This document shows positions 8,226 to 15,120 of a stretch of DNA of 32,000 bases, one piece after another; position 1 is the stretch's first letter; the number at the start of each line of letters is the position of its first letter. The DNA comes from Candidatus Micrarchaeum sp. (GTDB lineage: Archaea > Micrarchaeota > Micrarchaeia > Micrarchaeales > Micrarchaeaceae): contig NZ_CP060530.1 of NCBI RefSeq assembly GCF_016806735.1, positions 30,001 to 62,000 on the forward strand. The letters are read 5' to 3'. The notes under the pieces are model-generated. The model worked only from the letters and a program-made list of their open reading frames with translations, was not told where the DNA came from and did not search any database. The position numbers were made by a program, and so were the translations under genes.

Positions 8226-8621
8226 TTGGTATTTCTTATATTTGCATTTGTGGCTCTCGTAGATAGCGCTTACCTCAGCGTAGAGCATTTTTACCCAGGT
8301 GTGCTTGCATGTCCAAACACTGGAATAATAGATTGTGCCACTGTTCTTACTAGCGGCTATTCTAGCGTTTTTGGGGTACCGCTGGCATTGTTGGGGCTTA
8401 TATGGTCTGTTGTGCTGCTTTTCATATTTGCCAAAAGAAATGCCGCGAGCGAGTTCTTGGCTCCGATATGGTACATGGTAGGAATCCTTGCGGTTGTATA
8501 TTCCTTCAGCGCACAGTACCTGATAGGCAAGATATGTATATATTGCACGACACTCGATATATCCATAATAGTGCTGGTATCTATTGGAGTATTTGCCTTG
8601 AAATTGCACGAGAGAAAATAG
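8226..8621 (+). CDS. Vitamin K epoxide reductase (VKOR) family protein
   Basis: 131 aa with four hydrophobic helices. Loop cysteines are in ACPNTGIIDCATVLTSGYSSVFGVPLALLG and the active-site CXXC is in GKICIYCT. The start is TTG; there is no upstream in-frame ATG/GTG before a stop at 8172-8174. Confidence 0.7.
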   Translation: MVFLIFAFVALVDSAYLSVEHFYPGVLACPNTGIIDCATVLTSGYSSVFGVPLALLGLIWSVVLLFIFAKRNAASEFLAPIWYMVGILAVVYSFSAQYLIGKICIYCTTLDISIIVLVSIGVFALKLHERK

Positions 8622-8629
8622 GTTGTTTT

Positions 8630-9772
8630 ATGCCTGAAAAACGCAAAAAGCACTTTTATATAAGGGATCCCGTTTCCGGAGATTTGCAGATTGACGATGC
8701 AGTTGCAAGAATAATAGAGGCTCCGGAATTCCAAAGGCTCAGGTATGTCAAACAGCTGGGATTTTCTTACCTTGTATTTCCAGGTGCGCACCACACCAGG
8801 TTTGAACATTCCCTGGGAACATGGAACGTGACCAAAGACATTTCCTCAAGGGTCTTGGGTTCGGAAGACAGGGAGCTTTGCGTGGCAGGACTGCTGCACG
8901 ATATAGGCCATATGCCGTTGTCACACGAATCGGAAAGGCCGCTCTACCCGTACATAAGGATAATGCATGAAGAGGTTGGAAAACGTATACTGGAGAAGAG
9001 TAGTATACTCGATAATGTAAAGGATTACGGAATGTCAAAAAAGAAGATATTAAGGTATTTTGACGGGATAGGCAAGGGCAAGATAGTTACCGGGCCGTTG
9101 GGGAGCGACAGGGTTGATTACCTGATACGCGACGCCTATTACACAGGAGTGGCTTATGGGATGATAGATTATTACAGGATAAGGAATCTGCTTACGCTTT
9201 ACATGGATGAGCCCGCGGCCTATGCGAGCGGCGTTGACGCTGTCGAATCGTTTTTCATAGCAAGGTATTATATGTATTCTTCAGTATATCTGCACCACGC
9301 AGTTCTCACGGCAAATGCGATGTACAGGAAGGCACTGAGGATTGCTTTGGAATCTGGGGATTTGGATCCATACGCTTTTATGTACCACAACGACCAGGAG
9401 GCAATGACAGAACTGAAGGATATTGAGGGCTCATCCTCGCTCATAGAAAGGGTTATTGATAGGAAACTGTTCAAAAGGGCTTACTACAATCCAAACTTGC
9501 ATAGCGACATCACCGAAGAAGAGCTTGGAGAGATAGCACAAAAGGCAGGGCTTGACGAAAGCGAATACATTGCGGAGATACACCACTTGAAGGGCAACGA
9601 GGACAGAATAAAAGTATTATCAAAGGACAAGAAGGAGATAGGCAACCTTAATGACATTTCAGACATATTCAAAATATTGACAGAGGTGTTGCAGAAGCGC
9701 AAGATTGCAATAGTGGCATGCGACCAGAAGCATTCCAAGAAGCTCGGAGCAATGATAGAAAAAGCTTTATAA
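8630..9772 (+). CDS. HD-domain phosphohydrolase (SAMHD1/dNTP-triphosphohydrolase-like)
   Basis: Motifs HHTRFEHSLGT, AGLLHDIGHMPLSHESE and SDRVDYLIRDAYYTGV. I place the start at ATG 8630 (MPEKRKKHFYIRDP), which is in frame with the longer track ORF. The upstream extension overlaps VKOR. Confidence 0.8.
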   Translation: MPEKRKKHFYIRDPVSGDLQIDDAVARIIEAPEFQRLRYVKQLGFSYLVFPGAHHTRFEHSLGTWNVTKDISSRVLGSEDRELCVAGLLHDIGHMPLSHESERPLYPYIRIMHEEVGKRILEKSSILDNVKDYGMSKKKILRYFDGIGKGKIVTGPLGSDRVDYLIRDAYYTGVAYGMIDYYRIRNLLTLYMDEPAAYASGVDAVESFFIARYYMYSSVYLHHAVLTANAMYRKALRIALESGDLDPYAFMYHNDQEAMTELKDIEGSSSLIERVIDRKLFKRAYYNPNLHSDITEEELGEIAQKAGLDESEYIAEIHHLKGNEDRIKVLSKDKKEIGNLNDISDIFKILTEVLQKRKIAIVACDQKHSKKLGAMIEKAL

Positions 9773-9774
9773 TA
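9766..9774 (+). promoter_or_regulatory. TATA-like box (TTTATAATA) for tRNA-Lys, overlapping the stop codon of the HD gene
   Basis: The AT-rich octamer is centred about 34 nt upstream of the mature tRNA 5' end. This would give a short 5' leader if the TSS lies about 25 nt downstream. Confidence 0.35.
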
Positions 9775-9803
9775 TGCAAACAAAAAGAGGATGCGTTATT
9801 TGT

Positions 9804-9877
9804 GGGCCCATAGCTCAGTTTGGTAGAGCGGCTGGCTCTTAACCAGTAGGTCGAGGGTCCAAATCCCTCTGGGCCCG
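9804..9877 (+). tRNA. tRNA-Lys (anticodon CTT), no intron, CCA not encoded
   Basis: Hand-folded cloverleaf. Acceptor stem GGGCCCA/TGGGCCC with discriminator G. D arm GCTC-AGTTTGGTA-GAGC. Anticodon arm GCTGG-CTCTTAA-CCAGT. Variable region AGGTC. T arm GAGGG-TCCAAAT-CCCTC. Confidence 0.95.
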
Positions 9878-9883
9878 CTCTCA

Positions 9884-10330
9884 TTATTGCACGCCTTTGC
9901 TAAGGCGCATCGTCGGATCCTCCTTGGCCATTATGGTAAATTTTGGACCTAGGGCATCTGACCCGCTAGTTATTACTATTTTGCTAGGGATAAGGAACAG
10001 CCTTGGGTCTATGCTTTCCCTTTCCTCCTTAAGCATATATGTTATCTCACTGCCGTATGATTTTGAATTAAACATTTCGAGCATTGATATTGGGTTTTTT
10101 ACTATGTATGGGCCCAACTGGATGTTGTTTCTTTCTATGTTGGTTTCAACCCTGAATATTTTTCCGAACATTCGTTCGTCAGAACAGAATCCAACTTTGA
10201 TCCCGCTTACGAATCCCCTATTAGCATATATGGGAATCTCTGCCATACTTCTGTCAAGCTTTCTTAGAAGCGATTTTACCGAAGAGCCATCCTCGGAAAG
10301 ATAGAATTCAACCTTTTCATCTATGTCCAT
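9884..10330 (-). CDS. Hypothetical protein (148 aa), no confident family assignment
   Basis: ATG-initiated ORF filling the gap between endA and tRNA-Lys, on the same strand as the upstream gene run. A TATA-like TTTTTATATC lies on the minus strand about 40-50 nt upstream of the ATG (10330). No motif is recognised with confidence. Confidence 0.55.
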   Translation of the reverse strand: MDIDEKVEFYLSEDGSSVKSLLRKLDRSMAEIPIYANRGFVSGIKVGFCSDERMFGKIFRVETNIERNNIQLGPYIVKNPISMLEMFNSKSYGSEITYMLKEERESIDPRLFLIPSKIVITSGSDALGPKFTIMAKEDPTMRLSKGVQ

Positions 10331-10415
10331 TTTTATCTGGACCGCACTTTTTATGTACGTGGTCGTCCAATCACAGATTACTAATGAACGGCAGATATAA
10401 AAATTTTTTGTACTG

Positions 10416-11588
10416 CTATGGCTGCATCCAGTCTATCTCGTAATATTCGTATTCACTGGTGGGCAGCTCTATTTTTTTCACGCGGTAATAGGTAACAGCA
10501 GTTTCCCTGTCGGCTATCGCTATTATCAGCTCCATGTGTTCGCTGTTGGCCTCATTTATCATGGCTGAAAGCTCGCTTCCGCCTATATATTCGTTCTCTC
10601 CAAGCGAAAGCATGCCGAAGTGCGGTGCGTCTTTCCCAGGAATCTCTATTCCGTCGTGCTTTCTGTGGTAGAGTATAAAGTCCATGTTCACCTTTTTCTG
10701 CCTTGTTTTTCCAGGTATTCCGAGTATGAAGGTTTTCTTCACAGAATGCGCTACCCTTATGACCCTTGCCCATTCCGATGTCAAAAGTTTCGAATCCCTT
10801 GGAAATACATGCAGCACGTGCTTTGAATGGATCCATGAAGGATCGTCCTTTATGGGCTTTGCACCGGGAAAATAGACCCTGAAATGCGTGCCGAACTTGA
10901 ATCCGGATTTTATTACATAGCCTTTGGATCTCCAATCCTTGTAGACTTCGTAGAGCTTTTGGGCATCCGGCCTGACTTTGGAAGCTATCTTCAGTATTTC
11001 ATTGAACGGATATCCTTCTATCTTTAGAGATCCGAATTCGACCAGAAATAGGGTTTCGTAGAGGTCGAACTTGTTCAGGGTTCCATGATTGCTTAGCTTG
11101 TATGTTCCATACTGGCCGAACCAATACTGTTCGTATATCTGCTTTCCCATCTCGGGATCGTCTACAACCGAAGTAAGATCGTCCTCAAAGAATACGCCGT
11201 TCATTGAGTATTTTGATATGTTTATCGAAGAAGAAGGATATCTCTTAATCTGCATTTGTGCGTTCTTCGTGGCAACATGCTCTTCCTTAGGGCTTCTGAT
11301 CATTAAACCTCGGTCACGCCAATCTTTGTACGTGAAGTACCTGGCCATGAACTTCTTGTTTTTTGAAAAATATGATGCAAGACCGTTAAAAGTTATCTCG
11401 TCACCAGAATCTGACGATTTGCATACTGCCTTCCTGACGTCCAATACATAAAGAGCCTCTTCTGGGGCTAGCTTTAGCGTTCCGTTGGACATGGTGCCTA
11501 TGTTCCCAGACCTTAGCGTATCTATTGTAGACTGGTCCTTGCAGTATATTGCCTTTTTGTGCTTGTCGTAAACTATTTCCAATGCCAA
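10416..11588 (-). CDS. endA: tRNA-splicing endonuclease, single-chain three-unit type
   Basis: 390 aa. The catalytic unit has GFKFGTHFRVYFPG...HSKHVLHV...AHSVKKTFILG. The motif Y-x-x-YKDWR-x-[RK]-G-x-x-I-[RK]-S is duplicated (residues 84-99 and 213-228). The C-terminal segment ELIIAIADRETAVTYYRV resembles the C-terminal half of a subunit. The TTG start is 2 nt after the dphB stop. Confidence 0.85.
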   Translation of the reverse strand: MALEIVYDKHKKAIYCKDQSTIDTLRSGNIGTMSNGTLKLAPEEALYVLDVRKAVCKSSDSGDEITFNGLASYFSKNKKFMARYFTYKDWRDRGLMIRSPKEEHVATKNAQMQIKRYPSSSINISKYSMNGVFFEDDLTSVVDDPEMGKQIYEQYWFGQYGTYKLSNHGTLNKFDLYETLFLVEFGSLKIEGYPFNEILKIASKVRPDAQKLYEVYKDWRSKGYVIKSGFKFGTHFRVYFPGAKPIKDDPSWIHSKHVLHVFPRDSKLLTSEWARVIRVAHSVKKTFILGIPGKTRQKKVNMDFILYHRKHDGIEIPGKDAPHFGMLSLGENEYIGGSELSAMINEANSEHMELIIAIADRETAVTYYRVKKIELPTSEYEYYEIDWMQP

Positions 11589-11590
11589 AT

Positions 11591-12352
11591 TTACACCATG
11601 CTTATCTGTTTGATATATTCTGTTTCTATTTCACTGAGCTTTGCCGGCATTATGAGGGTGGCCATCCTATAATCCGCATCCGTTTTGATATCAGCAATTT
11701 TTTTGAATACGATTTTCTGCTTTTCTGTGCCAACGTCGCACAGCGCCATTATTTCCCTGTCTTTGGCGAAGACGCCAAGCTTGTAATGCTCCTCGGCCTT
11801 TGACATTATTGCTATTGCTTCCTCAATCCTTATAGACATACCCTTTTCATTATCGTAGTCAAGCAGTATCATGCTGTGCCTGTTCCCGGAAATGTTTGCC
11901 GATACTGTTTCATAGAAAGAAACGGGCTTGTAGTGTTCGGACCATCTCGGTACGGTGCATGTGGGACCAAACCTGTAGAAGTCCAGTCCGCTCTCTGCTA
12001 TGGCCACTGAAAATATGCTTGTCGAATGTATCACTTTGAATGCCAAACCCTGTTTTCCTGCTTCCACCAATATAGTCTTGTGTGTTGTGGCGAGCATCGG
12101 ATCCCCGTTAGTTATTATCGAAACGTTCCTTAACTTCGCTTCTGAGATTATTTTAGATACTCCCTCCTCGAGCTCGCTCCTGCCCGCGCGCTGTATCTCC
12201 CTTTTTGAGATTGAACTGATAAATTTTAGTTTTTTTGGATCCACGAATGCAGTGTATCCGTCAAGAATTATTATTTCGGAATTCTTTATTGCCTCGATTC
12301 CGGCTTGCGTTATGTCGCGTTCCCCTATGCCAAGCCCTATTAGATAAAGCAT
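11591..12352 (-). CDS. dphB: Diphthine synthase
   Basis: 253 aa. N-terminus MLYLIGLGIGERDITQAGIEAIKNSEIIILDGYT and ITNGDPMLATTH are typical of the Dph5/DphB tetrapyrrole-methylase-fold family. Confidence 0.9.
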   Translation of the reverse strand: MLYLIGLGIGERDITQAGIEAIKNSEIIILDGYTAFVDPKKLKFISSISKREIQRAGRSELEEGVSKIISEAKLRNVSIITNGDPMLATTHKTILVEAGKQGLAFKVIHSTSIFSVAIAESGLDFYRFGPTCTVPRWSEHYKPVSFYETVSANISGNRHSMILLDYDNEKGMSIRIEEAIAIMSKAEEHYKLGVFAKDREIMALCDVGTEKQKIVFKKIADIKTDADYRMATLIMPAKLSEIETEYIKQISMV

Positions 12353-12359
12353 ATTACCA

Positions 12360-15113
12360 CTATATTGACCAATATTTTTTATTCTTTATGAATTGCTTCT
12401 GCGCTTCTATTAAATCTATATAGAATAGTTTGTCCTCACGCCTCAACATCAGAAGCGCCCTTGCCGCGGCGCGAGGGCCTACCCCATATGTTGCTAGGGC
12501 AGCAGCTGCTTTCCATCCATATGCAGAGAACAAATCCGCTTCGGACATCGCTTCGTTGAGCCTTTTCTTTTCTGATCTTTCAAGCTTTATACCTTTCTTC
12601 CTTTTGTCAACTATTGATTTGAGATCGTCTTTGTATACTGCGATCATCGGGCTCGAGCAGTTTGGGCATACTATTTTTTGCTTTTCCTTGAGGTCGGATA
12701 TCTTTTCGGTAAAATAGAAACCGCAGTATGTGCACAGCAGCTTTATGCTTTTTGAAGTAGTGTATTCTACGAAGGAATTGAGAAGCTCGTTGCTGGGCGT
12801 TAACGGCATTATGAGCTCCTTGGTGTAATATGCGGAATCCATTATGGCTTTCGTCATTTTTGTTATTGTGTCTACTTCAAAGAGCCTGGGCCGCAGTTCA
12901 TTTTTTCTAAGCAACTTCAGGAATGAAGAGAGGCCTTCGATATCAAAGTAGTTTTGCATCAGCTCCCTCCTTGCCTCTTTGTATACCGGGCTATCCTTGA
13001 AAATTGATATAAGCCTGCGCGTAAGGGATTTCGAAACCTTGGCTTCCCTATCTATTATTCCGAACATTTTCGCCACGTAGACAAAATGATAGGAAAAAAT
13101 TTCTGATTTTTCCAGAAATTCGTCTATCGTTTCGGCTATAGAATCTGGATTTATAGATCTCAAAAGATCTTCGATCTCCACTTTCTGATTTAGCTCTATA
13201 AAAATCATGTACGGGGATGAACGTATGTTTATGCTCCTGCCGAAGCGTATGCTAAGCAGATGGCCTATTATCCTAGAAAGGGCTTCGTTCCCGAGAGTCC
13301 CGAGAAAGGTGTAGACTGCCACGTATTCTGGGTGCTTCTCAATGACGAAAGACCTGTCGTTAAGCGAGTATTCCGAGCATTCGGTTGAAAATTCGTGTAT
13401 CCTCTTTTCAGACGGTTCGTCGTTTACTTTGTATCTGCTTATTGAGGAGGGATTGCTTATTACTGAAGATACGCGTGCAGCCACTTCCCTGCTCACGGGT
13501 ATGTCCTCGCCTGACCAGTCTGGGACAGCTCCTTCTATATCGGTTGAAGGCTCCGCATATATGATATCGTCCTCTATGCTTATAACCTTCCAGGGCAAGC
13601 CTTTAGTTATGAATATGATGCCCTCTTCTAGCTTGCCTGCCACAAACCTTTCGTCCAGGCTCGATATTATCTTGCTTGTTGCTATATTCTTTACCATGAA
13701 ACGTTTTGTATCGGGTATGACGCTAAGGTGCTCATAATAGTACATCCTTGTAGACTTGCCTGCGCTTATTGTAGTGCCATCGAAGCCAAGCAGGCGCTGC
13801 TTGGACATGAAAGTCAGTAGATAGGATAATTCTTCCTTCTTTATTCCGCTATATATGTAAGACCTGTTTATAACCCCAAGAAGGGCTTCGAATCTGATGG
13901 TGCCCTTGTCCAATGCTATCCCGCATACCTGGTTGGCGAGGACGTCCAGGGAACCAAACTGGCACGAATAGTTTTCTATTAAGCTGTCTGCTGCGTTCAT
14001 TGCCACTGCAGTCGATTCTATTGCGTCCATGATGCCGGTAGCAAGTATTTTGCCCACAGGCTTGCCATGTGACGTATGACCGCTCCTGCCAACGCGCTGT
14101 ATCAGCCTCAGCGCCTGCCTTGGTGAGCCGTATTGTATGACCTTGTTTATTGTACCTATGTCTATGCCAAGCTCAAGCGAGCTAGTTGCCAGAAGGCCTT
14201 TTATCTCGCCGTTCTTGAAATCCAATTCCATCTTTATTCTCTCGGATTTCTCTATGGAACTATGGTGTACCCCTATGCCGCCGAAAGGCCTTATTTTCTG
14301 CATGTATGTCAGCCTGTTTCCTAGCGCTTCGACTATCTGCCTGGTGTTTGCGAATATCAAAGTAGAGGTCCCGGATTTTATCTCGTCGGATATTACCTCC
14401 AATCTTGCAGCGGATGCAGCATCTAGGCCAAATTTTTCCATTATGTCTTTGTTAGGGTGCTTTATCTTATCTGGAAATAGCACGTTTATTTCCGTCTGCT
14501 TTGATTCATCAGAGTTTATTACCTTGCACTGTCTCGAACCGCACAGAAATTTGGATATCGTTTCTGTATTTCCCACCGTAGCGCTTAGCCCTACACGTAC
14601 GAATCCCGGCGAAAGCTCCTCGAGCCTTTCCAACGCAAGCGACAGCTGTGCACCTCGCTTGTTATAGTAGAGCTCGTGGATTTCATCTACAATCACATAC
14701 TTCAGATTCTTCAGTGCAGGCCCGAGGTATTTGGTGGGCAGTATGCTTTGCAGTGTTTCTGGAGTGGTAATCATTATTGTAGGAGGCTTTCTTGTCTGCT
14801 TGGATTTTTCGCTGACGCTAGTGTCGCCGTGCCTTACGCCCATCGATACGCCGAATTCCGCACATATGCCTTCCAGCCTAAGAAGCATGTCTCTGTTGAG
14901 AGCTCGCAGGGGCGTTATGTAAAGCAAGGTTATTCCGGCGGCGTGATTTTTGACAATGTCGTTAAGAATAGGAAGAAATGCAGACTCTGTCTTTCCTGAA
15001 CCGGTTGGCGCAACTATAAGTGCGTTGGATTTGCTTTCTATTACGGGAAATGCCAGCTTCTGTATCTTTGTGAACGACTCGTGACTTTTTAGAAAATAAG
15101 AATATACATCCAT
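12360..15113 (-). CDS. lhr: Lhr-like ATP-dependent DEAD/DEAH-box helicase with a C-terminal zinc ribbon
   Basis: Motifs APTGSGKT, VIVDEIHE, GLSATV and IQRVGRSGH. A DEAD-associated region (YYYEHLSVIPD) and a CTYCG...CPNCSS ribbon are present. I start it at ATG 15113 (MDVYSYF). The 21-codon track extension would overlap the upstream gene. Confidence 0.85.
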   Translation of the reverse strand: MDVYSYFLKSHESFTKIQKLAFPVIESKSNALIVAPTGSGKTESAFLPILNDIVKNHAAGITLLYITPLRALNRDMLLRLEGICAEFGVSMGVRHGDTSVSEKSKQTRKPPTIMITTPETLQSILPTKYLGPALKNLKYVIVDEIHELYYNKRGAQLSLALERLEELSPGFVRVGLSATVGNTETISKFLCGSRQCKVINSDESKQTEINVLFPDKIKHPNKDIMEKFGLDAASAARLEVISDEIKSGTSTLIFANTRQIVEALGNRLTYMQKIRPFGGIGVHHSSIEKSERIKMELDFKNGEIKGLLATSSLELGIDIGTINKVIQYGSPRQALRLIQRVGRSGHTSHGKPVGKILATGIMDAIESTAVAMNAADSLIENYSCQFGSLDVLANQVCGIALDKGTIRFEALLGVINRSYIYSGIKKEELSYLLTFMSKQRLLGFDGTTISAGKSTRMYYYEHLSVIPDTKRFMVKNIATSKIISSLDERFVAGKLEEGIIFITKGLPWKVISIEDDIIYAEPSTDIEGAVPDWSGEDIPVSREVAARVSSVISNPSSISRYKVNDEPSEKRIHEFSTECSEYSLNDRSFVIEKHPEYVAVYTFLGTLGNEALSRIIGHLLSIRFGRSINIRSSPYMIFIELNQKVEIEDLLRSINPDSIAETIDEFLEKSEIFSYHFVYVAKMFGIIDREAKVSKSLTRRLISIFKDSPVYKEARRELMQNYFDIEGLSSFLKLLRKNELRPRLFEVDTITKMTKAIMDSAYYTKELIMPLTPSNELLNSFVEYTTSKSIKLLCTYCGFYFTEKISDLKEKQKIVCPNCSSPMIAVYKDDLKSIVDKRKKGIKLERSEKKRLNEAMSEADLFSAYGWKAAAALATYGVGPRAAARALLMLRREDKLFYIDLIEAQKQFIKNKKYWSI

Positions 15114-15120
15114 TTTGTTC

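Noticed and set aside
8402-8629. The ORF track extends the HD-domain gene 76 codons upstream (456 aa), overlapping most of the VKOR gene in another frame.
   Set aside because: The extension translates to Cys/Arg/His-rich low-complexity sequence with no HD-family similarity. The overlapped frame encodes a well-formed VKOR. The in-frame ATG at 8630 gives a typical N-terminus and starts 8 nt after the VKOR stop.
9804-10415. The possibility that tRNA-Lys marks an integration site, with the adjacent orphan gene being cargo of an integrated element.
   Set aside because: No integrase, no detectable direct repeat of the tRNA 3' half nearby (only a 7-nt TGGGCCC match at about 10111), only one orphan gene, and conserved housekeeping genes immediately flanking.
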